NCBI GenBank assembly: GCA_010356995.1
Contig: ML996687.1
Location: forward strand, 249,803-313,802
Source: Trichodelitschia bisporula
Lineage: Eukaryota
Direction of reading: 5' to 3'
DNA: 64,000 bases
Shown here: piece by piece, positions 44,055 to 56,491 of the stretch
Position numbering within the stretch: the first letter of the stretch is position 1
Layout of the letters: the number at the start of each line of letters is the position of its first letter
Made by a program: the position numbers and the translations under genes
Notes under the pieces: model-generated
What the model was told of the DNA's origin: nothing
Seen by the model: only the letters and a program-made list of their open reading frames with translations
Databases searched by the model: none

Positions 44055-45317
44055 TTACTGAGCAGAGACGTAAGGCCGCGACAAGAACCGCTCGATGTTA
44101 TCAGAGCGAGACAGCCAGTTTGTGAACTGGTTCAGCTCTTCTCGGAGACGGCCAACCGACTGCGTATCCATGTCAGTGTAGGCGATCAGCGATGGAAGCT
44201 GGGCTGCACATCATCAATAAATCATCCTCACCACAATTCAAAGAGCTACACTTACTTAGCAGGCGCAGGAGGTGTTCTGCGCCATAGACATCGCTCAGGG
44301 GGCGTTTCATGAGGGAATCGCTTGGGTCATCAAAACGAGCCAGCAGCTGAGCGTACTGGGCACGCTCCTGCTTGTACAGCAAAAGGGTGCCGCACGCCTT
44401 GTTGAAGTACTCTTTCAACCCATACACGACTTCCTCGAGGATGTCCGCACGCGCCTGACCGTGGCCAGCCTGGTTCTGCTTATGGTACTCGTCCAGGACT
44501 AGAGAGGCCGGAATGTCGGCCGGAACAGCAGTCAACTGGCCGTTCCGGGTGATGTTCTCCCAATCATCGACAAGAATCGACTTGAGGATGTCTGGTATGA
44601 TGATCCGGACCGTGGGCTTCGAATGGAAGTCCTCCAACTGGGAAGCATTAGCAAATTCTCACGTGATAGCATCCATGAGCTGCTTAGCAACTACGTTAGA
44701 TGGCTGCGGTGAAATATCGCTATTCATGGCGGCCTGGTAATCGTATGAAGTGGCGATGAAGCAGACAACTGAACACACAGCTGTAAATGGGAAGTGGCCT
44801 GGAAACTAACCTTCTCAATTTCGAAGTCACGTCCCCGCTTCTTGCCGGCAGCAGGGACGGAGGAATTCCGATCCTCGCTGTCGCGGGTTGACGTGCCCTT
44901 CTTCTTCGCGTGAGACTTGCGAGCCGCGTCTCGCGCCGCGTCCATGTCTTTTTTCAGTTGCCGGGCGAGCGCTTGGTTTTCGTCGTTGAACTGGCGTAGA
45001 CGATCCTCGGCTACCCAGTCATCCCAGCTGTGGCAAAGTTAGCAATGTAAACACGAACAGTGAAGGGGAATATAGAGGCCAGCTGCCAAGAAGAACTCGA
45101 TACACCATAACGGAGGACAATGATATCCAGGCTATGGTCCAGTTCGGACGAGAACTCACGTGTTTTTCCATCCTTTGTAGTGGACCATGTAGACCCACGC
45201 CCCCTTCTTCTCATTCTCTTCGAACTTCACGCCCAGCACACGCGCTTCATACATGAGGTTTTCATGGAAGCAAAGCACTCTTTCGTCCTTCGAGAACGCA
45301 GCGATGGGAGGCGCCAT
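44055..45317 (-). CDS. EAF3: Chromodomain + MRG-domain protein Eaf3/MRG15; introns 45028-45159, 44638-44810, 44204-44255
   Basis: ERVLCFHENLMYEARV, VHYKGWKNT|WDDWV, LKSILVDDWENIT, GLKEYFN, VYGAEHLLRL, TDMDTQS. Confidence 0.93.
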
Positions 45318-46569
45318 GGTGGCCACTCGGAAGACCGGAGAGATGAAACTGAAGGTGGACGAGCAGAAATGAGCGTCACAACACGATACAGGGCCAAATC
45401 GAGAAGGTGAGATGATGGTAGTTCGTGGAGGTTGGGCTACAAGGTGCTGATGGGTGTGAAGTTGAATAGTTGCACTACGAGATGGCTTTCGCAACCGCGT
45501 CTGCGCGTCACCCCTGTTTTCACGTGCTAGAAACTTTGCCAAGTCCTAGATATCGATCTACGCTCGTAGATCATGAGCCCATCTGGAGCCCTGGGAATGT
45601 AGGTCTACGGGTATCCATATCTTCTTCTTGTCTGAATGTCAATTTACATAGTAAGACACTAAAACATTGAGATATATATCTTGGTGTTGCAACCCTTGAT
45701 AATATGAACTTGCGAGATACGGTGTCTGAAGATCGGGATCTTCCAGCAGGAACCTCCAGACATCTATGTCAGCCGTAGGTGAAGTTTAGGGTCGAGTATT
45801 GTGTGCCTCGCTTGCTTGTCGGACGAGCTTGTGCCTTAAGTAGCTGACCACCTCTCAACAAACAGGACGGGTTGGTGTTTGGCAAGTAATTGCCCCAAGT
45901 TCCACACATGGCCGTTGGGTCGGCCCGAAGAATTTCTGATGTCAACCATTGCCTACGCTACGAGTAGCTTATGCATCTAGAGAGCATTGTTCTATGGGAG
46001 CAAAGGCCTGAAGACGATTTGCCTTGGTCTCGAGGTCAGAACCCAGTAGTCGAGGCGGAGGATCCCTAAAGTTGGATGTTCTCCAGGACGATGACATTGC
46101 GACCAAGGATATCGGCTGAAACGAACTTTAAAACTAACCGTTTTGCGGAACTTAGGAACCAATCTTAGTGTGGGCTGGAGTATGCCTTGGAAGGGGAATG
46201 CCAGAATAGAGTCCGCTTGTCATAGCCATCTGCTGAGAGTTGAAGCGCCTACACCTTTGACGCCTTCATCCCAAACCATTTGAAAATTATCAAACTGAAT
46301 TCTGGATTCAATGAGCACAGCAAAACTCAAGGATAACGTCCTCTCTAGCAGCATTGCGTCCCTCCAGCAAGCCTCAGCCTTGCGCCATGCGCAGAAGATA
46401 GAAGTTGAGCACTAATTAAACCAGCATCCTATCTTCCGAATCATTGTATCAGTGCTTAAGCCAAACGCACTCGGGTGAGGCTAAAAGAGACACTGCTGTC
46501 GTAATCCAGCAGCAAATTAAAGAGATTTGAGGCATCAGCCAACCCCAATACCACGATGGGGTACTCCTG

Positions 46570-47349
46570 ATGAAGCGAAACGCTCCGACCCGCGTCTACA
46601 TAAAACCCACATCACAGGTCTGCAATCATGCTTACGGATTATTCCTAATCGAGCCCACCTCCCTACACCTTCCGGAAGCCGAATGGGAGTCCATCGACCG
46701 CGGAGAACAAACTTACTGGAGACTCACCACACACGCGCCCGCGCCCGATCCGCAGCGCAACTCCTCCACCCGACTCACCCATCCCACCGACCACATACGC
46801 AGACGCAACCCGGAAACCCCGCCCCCAACCCACCCGTTTCACCCCGTGCCACAGCACGCCCGCACCTCGCAACGTCGCACAACCTTCGTGCCACCCTCTG
46901 CGGGGGCGCGCATGTCGTGCATCGTCGGATACGCACAGCAGGGAACGCCACCCGGGTCCGGTAGCAGCGAGGGCGCGCAGCAAGGACGGGCTGTGTACAA
47001 CCCTCGCTGCGGGCACGGGTTCTGCTAAGTCTGTGGCTGCACCTGTTGCTGTGCCGGCGTCTTCTTACTGCGGAAACCGGGCGCGAGGTTTGGAGCGCGT
47101 TCGTGGGTTAGGGGGACTGCTGCGACGCGTTGCGCGAATAGTTGCGGAAGACGAGGCGTGCTTGCCGGCGGGATTGCCGCTATTGAATGGGTCCGGGCTA
47201 AGAGGTCGGTTCGGGTCTGGGGGCGGATCGGGTGGAGATGGTTCGGGCCGATAGTCGGCGGTCGGAAATTACGTGGATCATATCAGAAGACGAGAGATCG
47301 GCGCGGTAATTTGGTGTCCCGGTGTCGGATACTCCACACGATGGATTGA
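46570..47349 (+). pseudogene. Possible decayed IBR/RBR zinc-finger gene
   Basis: The frame reads RMSC...RCGHGFC*VCG, resembling IBR HMxC...CGxxFCxxCG, with TAA at 47026-47028 inside the motif. Confidence 0.35.
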
Positions 47350-50300
47350 CACGAGAGTATATGCGCTGGTAGGCGTATTTTGGACATCCGTTGAAGTCAA
47401 TTCGGATGACCCTTCCAGCCCGCCTTGTCTGACATCTGGGACCGGGTGCGGATCGGGCTGGATCTAGCGTCCACCGGGCCCACTACGTGACCCGTTGAGG
47501 GGAATGATGTTGGGAGGGGTCATGGTTGTGGGGCTGGCCGGAAAGTGGAGACGGGGCTTGCCTTTGATGGGGTACGTATGCCTCGGGGCTCGGGTTACGT
47601 GTTCCCACGCTGTGATCGAGATGAATGCGTGGATGAAAGCGTGGAGAGATTTTGGACACGGCTGCGATCGAGAACAACCGGCACGTGAAGCTGGGAAGGC
47701 ACCGGCCCGATCTCCTTGTGGTCGACTGGTCCACAACGTCCCATCGGCTCCCCGGCAAGAATAAGTGACTCGTATGATAGGGCTGCGAAATGCGCAAAAT
47801 TATCTTGTCGGAGAGGAACTTGCTCCAGGAGTTCGCACGTGTGAGCTTCGTCAGCGGTATCGTTGTGCTACCAGACACAAGGCGTACCCAAACATCAATG
47901 GCATCCGATAATTTCCGTTATGCCACCATGACCTCTGCAAATCATGGTAAGGTGAGCTGTTGAAATAAGCACCCAACGCACGCGCGTCTCGGCCCCGCAT
48001 CTCAGTTAGCATCTGATAGCTGCAAGGTCGAGAAGCCGGGACTAAATGTCTAGCCCGATGTTTCTGACCGAGCCTTTTATTCTGCGTTCGAAGTCGGAGC
48101 AGCCCGAATGTCCCAACCGGGAAGACTCAGGCTCTTTCTCGGAGGGTGATATCACAAATTTTCGCACCATGATCCGACCTTGCCTGTGATCGTCGGCGGA
48201 CGCGTCGCTAGATGAAGCGGAGGGCCGCGAACAACTAGCTTCCGGAAAGCGTGGAAAACCGGTCATGGATGAGGCAGGTGGAGTCTCTTAGGGTGCCGAC
48301 CTGCCTAGCGGTTAGACGACAACCATCCACCAGGGGTACAGTAAAAAGGTAATAATGACACCGGCCCATCGGCGCTCTGCAGTGTACAATGTCAACGTTG
48401 CGCATGCGCTTTGTTCCTCGGGATCCGCGTCCAGCCGCGTGCGCTGTCTTCATCAATATAGATGGAAGGAACCCGGTCGCGGATGGCCCGGGCGGGGGCA
48501 GGATAAGGGATGTTGAATGAGGGCAGGCTGCGGCTGCGGCAACGATGCGGACCGGCCTGGAGGTCCGGATGTGCGTGCGCTAGACCGAGTTGCAACAAAT
48601 TTCCCGTCGCAGTCGTAGATTGATGCACGGTCGGGGAAAGGATGGAGGGGAAACGCGCGCTGTTGCGCGGCACTCTATCTGCTCTCTGATGCCCATATAT
48701 CGGCTGCATCTCCTCCCAACACTCCACAAACGCCGGAGGTGACACAGGCTTCAAATCCCAAGCGGGAGAGGCCGAACGGCAGGAGAAAAACAATGCCGCT
48801 CACGGATAGTGGAGCAGATACGCGATCTTGGAGAACTCGCTGCCGCCTCCGGCAAGCTTTCTCTTAGGTTGTAATGGTTACGACTTTGTCCCCCGCGCCG
48901 TCCACACTCCACCACTCCCCTGTGCGGGTTGTGTGTCTCACGCAAAGCGGCAGAACCCTTGCTCCACCCACGTAACCCCTCCCCCTTCCGAATGGCGGGT
49001 GATCGATCGTCTCGGCTTTTAAGCTTAGCTTGCCGGGCGGCCGGGAACGTGGTCGGGAAGAGAGAAGGGGAGTTGAGAGCAGCCCACACGGCTAAATTTC
49101 ACACACGAGCCTCGCCTCCTGCAGCTGGACGGAGGCAATATGCGCAGTTCATCTATCACAAGGGGCTGGTTAGGCCCAATAGATTGCTGTCCTCAAGGCC
49201 TGCGAAGTCTGGCCAGCGTCGTGATCACGCCGCAGCGTGCGGCAGCGTGTGCAGCGTGCCCGCCCGCGTCAAGCCAGCCAAGCGCCGGTGGGACGGCATG
49301 GTGACAAGTAACGACTCCGGAAGCCACTCCTCATCAACTGGCGTCAGACAGGTGGGGGGTTGTTAAAGTGTGGTAACAGAGGTGGCAGTAGTGCGCCCGC
49401 TACGGGCTGGCAAAACAAGGGGCGCTGATCCTCGGTGATACAAGCGATTGTCCTGCGGCTGCGTCCGAACACGCCCGTCACTCGCGCGGCGCGCGGTGAG
49501 GCGGGCGGCGGCGGGTGGAAGGTGATGTGTGTGGATAGGATGGAGAGGCGAGAGTAGAAGGGGGGGGTAGGGCCAAAAACTTCAGCAATGGAGAAGAGGT
49601 AAAACTCTCCCCCTCCTTTTCCACTGGCTCAAGCCACCCTTCCACCAAGCCACCCCAGCCTCCCAAGGTCCTATCCTAGGCGGACCGCTGGCCAAAACGC
49701 CATGCCCGGGCATGGGTGGCTCAACTGCAAATCATCGCCCCGCCCCCGGGTCTCCGCAGGCAAACTCGTTCCGGATGAGGCAGGGCGCCATTTCAGCCCC
49801 GCACGGCTCTGCGTTGGCCCTCGACTGGGGAGATAGCCGTAGACATTCGGAATCCCAGGCGGGCCATCTTGGCTTTGCCGTGTCAGCTTTGTGCATTGGT
49901 TGAAATGGTCGAATCTGACGTTTTCCAATCGGAGACAACTTGCGCGGTTCTGCAGCCTCTGTGGGCGTCAATGGCATGACGCTTGGTTCAGCTGTTCGGT
50001 CAGGGTTGGTGAAGCCTGGGGTGGTGCGGAAGTGAGGATGACTTGAAAATTCATGACTGAAGCAACGAAGACGAGACAATCAGGAGGGGGAGTCGGCCTA
50101 TGTATAGACAAGGACTAAGCAGGCTAGGAGGCCCTTTTGATGTTGGCGGAGGAAAGAAGAGACGGTGTGGAAGATTGGCTGATGATTCACGTGATGACGG
50201 CCTCCTGAAGTGTGACTCTTGACGCCACAGTGACGGAGACCATAGTATCGTGAAGCGCGCTCTGAACGAGGATGAGACGTTTGTGACGATATCTTCCCTA

Positions 50301-52896
50301 ATACGGAGCATATTGTTCTTCACACCATTTCCCTTGCCTTCCTTGCTGGTATGTAAAGCTTGGATCCTCTTTACAAGCTTCAAGACACCATCGTCATCTG
50401 GCCACATTCCCCACAAGTCGACCGCCAAGAACAGGACTGTCACTTGTGCACTACCGTACCGAACGTAGAACCCGTCGGAGGAGACACCGCACTATGGGAA
50501 TACCAACTCCATGTCAAGCACGCAAGAGTAGGACGTGTGTACAGAGTACGATCCGTACGCGGCACATGAGTCTCTCAAATACGACCCAAGATGGAAGAAC
50601 TGTATGATCGTCGCTTCCATCTGCGGAAGAAAGGATCGTGGTTCAGGCCCTCCCCTCCCCGCCCAGCAAGGCCAAGTTGGGCTTGGGAGATGGGCCTCAA
50701 AGCTTGGTGAGCAGCAAGACCACGATCTCACAACTCTTGCCGACGAAGTTGCAACCACCCGCACCCGCCCCGTTGCACAGGACTCGCCCCGCCGCTCCGT
50801 CAACCTTTGTTCTGTACCTCCATGCTTCAGCACGTCAGCAATCTGCTGTCCGGTGAGGAGAACATCACGATGCATCGCGCGCGCTGCAGGTGGGCGACGT
50901 GCGCTGCTTATGTATCCATCTCATGCCGGCACGCACTCGCTGCTTCTATTGCTTCTCTTTCCAAAAAGGCCCAGCTTATCCGCACTCGTCGCGCACGCCG
51001 TTGGATCCTCGGCGTCGTGCGCGGCGCCGCCGAGAGGGCCGTGGCTGCCGCGACGCAGCTTGCCGTCGCCGTGTGGGTGCACAAGGAGACCAGTGGCCGG
51101 TTACGAGATGGAACGGAGTGGTTGCTTTTTGCGTGGGTGAGGTTTTTTGGCCGAGCGCCGCCTTCGACTCCGCAGTAGCCCACCCCCGACTTGTGGAGCG
51201 GTGGCTGGCGGGGCGTTATTCGCGGACGCTCCCATGGCGTGGTGGCCCGGTGGGAGGCGGCGCCTAAAGGCTCGTCGTGGCATCGCGCAGCAACGACCGT
51301 CGCTGCCGCAGCGGGAGGTTCGACTCGCACGCCATCCTGTGTTTCGTCTTGTTTCCTAAGGTGGTGGCTGGGGGAAGGACGATGGGCGTTCGTTGCGACC
51401 TCACGAGTTGGTGATGAAAGGAAGACCTCGAATATTATAACATGGCACGAAGCACATAGGTCTTCAGGAAGCATCTCGACGAGATCTGGATTGTCTCATC
51501 GCAGACGCACCCAGCAACTTGCTTTTTGCAGCTGCCATGAGCTATCGCGCGTGTTCACCTAGGCCTTCGCCGCCCCCACTTCTCCCAGCCCCCTGTCAAC
51601 TCAACTTCGGGTTGCTGCAGCGGGCATCTCAGCCTGAAAGCTTTGACAGGATGCGATTGCGGATCTATCAAATACTTATCCAACTGCACGCATCCCGGCG
51701 TCATTATCATCTCAGTTATCTGCGTTGTCTTTTCCCATCTCGACTTTTAGTGTCTATTCAACGTCATCGGCGGCATGCCGATCATCTGGGGCACCCGCAC
51801 GGGAAGTGTTTGGCGGGTGCGGCAGCTTGATGGCCGGTTGAGTTTTTATTTGTGACAGCCGCTGCACGTGTGCTGTACGGGACGCAGCGGGCGCGGCGGA
51901 TGGAAGAGCGTGCATGCGCAGCAGGAGCAAGGCGGTTATTCTGTTGATTCCCATCCTTTTTCTTTCTAATGGTCCATCATCACGGAATGGCCAGGCGTTT
52001 ATTCCGTTCATCCTGCATCCTGGAAAAGGGCAAACCATCACGACGTCAACCCGCCCGACGTTTCTTGTCTCTGAGCATGTGGAGCAGAGGTACGTACCCT
52101 TCCCGCCTTGCCGTGTGGCCCTGTTGGGGCTTTGACGGAGTAGGGAGTGGTAGACGGTTGTACCGCGCGGTTCCGAACACCGTCCCACACCGGTATTGAA
52201 TGCCGTTTACTTTGGTAAGCCCCTTCCGAACTTTTGGTCCGTGCGTTCTGCTCAAGAGGAAAAGGCTCGTTTTGGTGATGAGACGGGAGATGGGACAGAT
52301 GATGCGTTGTGCGATTTCGGCTCAGTATGCTGGATAAAGGGCAGATGGTCTACCAAGCTGCTTGAGACGCTTATTTTTCCCATCACGCCAGCGAGACTTC
52401 TTCCATGCCTTGGGTTTTCCATTCTGCGATCCAGCCTTACGCAGCGCGTTAAATTGGTACGGTACAGTGCACTCCCACCCCATCTCATCTCATCTCCATA
52501 TCCGCGGCAACTCCTTCTCTATCTCCAGCCCTCCCCACCATGAGCCAGCGCGCCCCGTCCAGATCGGGCTTGGATCCCCCTCAAATACGGTCTAGCGCAG
52601 TAGGGCAGACGTTATTAAGGGTAAGATGGCTAATTAGGGAGCTTTTACATGGCATCTGCTCGTGTCGGCTTCTGGGCGCTTCGTCAAATAATCGTCATGA
52701 CATGGGGTAGAAGTTGTGGCGTGCGGGCGTTGCTGGGCTTGACCGGGATAGCCTTGCTCAAACAACCCGCAGGCTCGCGACACCCACACACACTGCCGGC
52801 GCCACTTTCTCACTTCCATGACCCCCAGTGGCCCTTCCACCCCTGGTGTCCACCCCTGGTAACTTTAGTGTTGCTCCAGTGGGCCAGTCCCTCTCA

Positions 52897-53260
52897 CCCC
52901 CCCCCCCCCCTCCCTGCCCTCCCCCTCCAAGACTTTCCTTCGCTCCACTCCCTAAAGACCTCCGCGCATGTTCCTCATTCCCCTAACCCACGCTGGCGAA
53001 CACAGTCTCCTCGCGGCCTCGCTCGGCGCCCTCTCTCGCTCGTCCTTCTCCTCCCGCCTCTTCCCTCCCGCCCTTCTTCCCCGTTTCTTCCCCCATCCTC
53101 CCAACACCATACACCATACTTTCCCCTATCATCGGGAATATCGTCTCCATCAACTGTTTGTCATTAGCACTCTCTCATCGCACTTCATCTTTCCCTTTTC
53201 CTCGGCCTATCACACCCATTTCCGCCGAGCCCCTCCTCCAACCCCCGGTCTCATTCGGTG
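52897..53260 (+). promoter_or_regulatory. C14 run and CT-rich tract, probable core promoter/5' leader of SSN6
   Basis: C14 at 52897-52910 followed by pyrimidine-rich sequence typical of fungal transcription-start regions. Confidence 0.5.
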
Positions 53261-53476
53261 ATCGTGGACGGTGGTCGTTGCCGACCAAAAAGTTGCGCTT
53301 TGGCGAAGACTGGCACTACGTCGTCTTCGCCTTTTCATCTGTCGCTCGTCGCAGCGTTCAGCTGATCTTTTTTTTCTTCGCTACTGCAGTCAACTTGCCC
53401 GCCGTCGCGCGAATTTGCGACCCGAACGAGCTCAACTGCCCCACGACCACAACACGTCCTCCGAGTGAGATAAGTA

Positions 53477-56400
53477 ATGGCGTCCCACCCGCATACATCA
53501 CCGTCCGGCGCTATGCCAGGACATCATGGACCTCCACCTGCCGGCCACCAGCAGCAAAATGGACATATTCCCGTGGGACAGCAGCAACCTAAGACAATTG
53601 GACAGCTGTTGGCTCAGGTCAACGAAGGCACCTGGATGCAGCTTGGTAGGCTTCAACGTACACTATGTTTAAGAGCCCAAATTAATCTTGCAGGGCAACT
53701 CTGTGAGCTTCAAGGGGACCTTGACGGTGCCAATTATGCCTATGAACAAGTCATCCGCCATAATTCGTGGTCGGTCCCCGCGATGCAAGCTATTTCCTGC
53801 ATTTTGCGCAGTCGTGATCAGTTCGCACCTGCTATCGACTATCTGCGTGCGATTCTCAAGATTGAGCCAAACAACGGCGAGACTTGGGGAAGCCTTGGTA
53901 AGACTCTTATGGTAGACTCTCTTCTCATACTTTGACCTAACCCATCCAGGCCACTGCTACCTCATGCTAGACAACCTGCAGGAGGCATATTCCGCCTATC
54001 AGCAGGCCTTGTACCATCTTCAAGATCCCAAGGTTCGTTGCGGTCCGTGACAACGCGCAGCATTTGCTCACTAGTACAGGAACCCAAGCTTTGGTACGGG
54101 ATTGGCATCCTGTATGATCGCTATGGCTCGCTTGAGCATGCCGAGGAGGCCTTTTCTCAAGTTATGCGCATGGCGCCAGACTTCGAGAAGGCCAACGAAG
54201 TCTACTTCAGGCTTGGTATAATATACAAGCAGCAGCAGAAGTACCGCGAATCCCTTGAAGTAAGTCTGCTGGTCGCGAATCTCACAAAGACTAACTGGTC
54301 AGTGCTTCAAATACATCGTCGGTGATCCGCCTCGGCCGCTCACCGAGGAGGACATTTGGTTCCAGATCGGACATGTCCACGAACAGCAGAAGGATGTAAG
54401 TTTATTATCGGCCCAATGTAAGCAAATGCTCACATCCGGTAGTTTGATGCTGCAAAGACCGCGTACAAACGCGTCCTTGACCGCGACCCGAAGCACGCCA
54501 AAGTCCTACAGCAGCTTGGTTGGCTCTACCACCAACAGAGCTCAAACTTCCAGAGCCAGGAGCAGGCTATCGAGTACCTGGAGAAGTCCGTCGCCTCAGG
54601 TGAGTTGCCGCCCGGTCATCCCTTGGTACGACGTGCAATCGGTCTGACGGTGCACAGATCAAACGGATGCTCAAAGCTGGTACCTCCTTGGCCGTTGCTA
54701 TATGTCACAGCAGAAGTACCCGAAGGCCTACGAGGCGTACCAGCAGGCCGTCTACCGCGACGGGCGAAATCCGACTTTCTGGTGCTCGATTGGTGTCCTT
54801 TACTACCAAATCAACCAGTATCGCGACGCGTTGGATGCATACTCCCGCGCGATCCGCCTGAACCCCAACATTTCCGAGGTCTGGTACGACCTAGGCACTC
54901 TGGTAAGTTGCAGTGACACGGCGACATGTTGTACAGAGGGCTGATCATGTTTTAGTACGAGTCTTGCAACAATCAGACAACAGATGCGCTCGACGCCTAT
55001 CAGCGCGCCGCTGACCTTGACCCGACCAATGTGCACATCAAAGCCCGTCTGCAGCTACTGCAGAGCGGCCAGGCCACGACCGGCATGCCCAACCAAAACA
55101 GCGCACCGCTACCTCAGGACATTCATCCGCAGGCCTACCAGCCGGCCGCCGTCAATGGTCCACCCGGCCCGCAATGGGGCGCTGCACCGCAGGCTGCCCA
55201 ACCTCCGCAGGGCCCTCCTCCGCCGGCCTTCGACTATGACCGTAGACTCGCGGAGATTCGGCAGACGCAGCCTGTGTCGGCGCCGCAGCACCAGTACCAC
55301 CCCTCGTATGATCAGCGCGATGGTGGCCGGCCGCCTGCGCCTCCACCGCTGCCTGCCGTTCAGCGGCCTGCCACCCCGAGGCAGGATATGCGGCCCTACC
55401 AGGAACCGCCACGTCCCAACCCCGCTGGGCGGCGTGGCTTGACGCCGTCACCCAAATCACAAAATGCTGTGCCAACTTATCAAAGTACTCAGCAGGCGCT
55501 GCCGCTGCCTCCCCCGCCTCCAATTCAGCCGGTGCACAATCAGCCGCCGCCGCCCAGCTCTGTGCCGCAGCCCAATCGGATCACCAATCCCAACTATGGC
55601 CCGCAGGCTTCAAACGTTCCGGCACCGCCCATCACAGCCACCCAGGGGCCGATGGGATATAACCGTGGCACGCCGCCGCCGGATGTCAAAGTACGCCCGT
55701 TGAACCTCGAAGCCCGTCCTCCGTCTGCGGGCTCCAACTATCAGCACCAGCAATATCAGCACCATGCCAGTGCGACCGCGCCGCCGTCAATTGCTAATGG
55801 TGCCCCTGCACCAGCATCCGCTCTAGTCGCTGCTGAGAGTGCTGCCCGCGAACGCGACGAACGCGCCCCGAAGCGTATGCGGGAGTGGGAAGACGAGAGT
55901 GGTATGAACGGCAAGCCGGCGCAGAATGATGAGAAGCGCTTACGACTCGACGAAGGTCACGCTGTCCGCCCCCCTCCTTCGCTGGCTGCCCACGCACCCC
56001 CCAATGCCACGCCGCCTCGCCCGCGTTCTGTCGACACTGAAGGCACGGGTCGGCGTCCGCAGGAGGACCCTCAGCGTCGTGGCGGTCCCCCTGAGTACCA
56101 CCCGTCCGAAGCTGCACATCATCCATCGCTTCCAGCGATCCAGCCTCCTCTTCCTGCTGTGCAGGGTCCACCCCCTCCTCCTCCCTCTATCCCGCGTCTT
56201 AACGACACTATCAAAGAGGAACGCGGGGCCCCTCCCCCTCCGCCCCCACCTCCGCCTTCCGCCGGGCCAGACAACATCGCGAACCGTCCGTCTGCTCAGC
56301 GTGAACCGTCACGTGAGACTGTGCACGAGGCAGCGGCGCGCAAGATGGAGGTGGATGAGGACTACGATGATGAAGAGGATGAGAAACGTACTGGACCTAA

Positions 56401-56491
56401 TGTTCAAGGTCCACCTCCGCCACCGCCTCAGCTCGCTCATGGTGGGAAGGAGAGGGAGTCGCCCCGGGGTGGAGAGACTGATCGCTCGTAA
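53477..56491 (+). CDS. SSN6: TPR corepressor Ssn6/Cyc8; introns 53646-53693, 53898-53949, 54033-54079, 54260-54302, 54396-54442, 54600-54657, 54903-54955
   Basis: TPR series (NGETWGSLGHCYLM, EPKLWYGIGILYDRYGS, DIWFQIGHVHEQQ, AYQQAVYRDGRNPTFWCSIGVLYYQINQYRDALDAY), Pro/Gln-rich tail, AARKMEVDEDYDDE. Confidence 0.96.

Noticed and set aside
44638..45159. Longer-than-usual EAF3 introns as snoRNA hosts or cassette exons
   Set aside because: No convincing C/D or H/ACA boxes, and the internal CAG at 44734 has no frame-preserving donor.
45555..45572. 8-bp inverted repeat GATCTACG-CT-CGTAGATC upstream of EAF3
   Set aside because: Too short and isolated; no terminal repeats or target-site duplication suggesting a MITE.
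47350..53476. Telomerase RNA, snRNA, tRNA or TPP riboswitch in the long intergenic region
   Set aside because: I saw no TAACCCTAA-type template, U-snRNA signature, cloverleaf around the GTTCGA hits, or TPP aptamer core. A by-eye scan is not exhaustive; Infernal would be needed.
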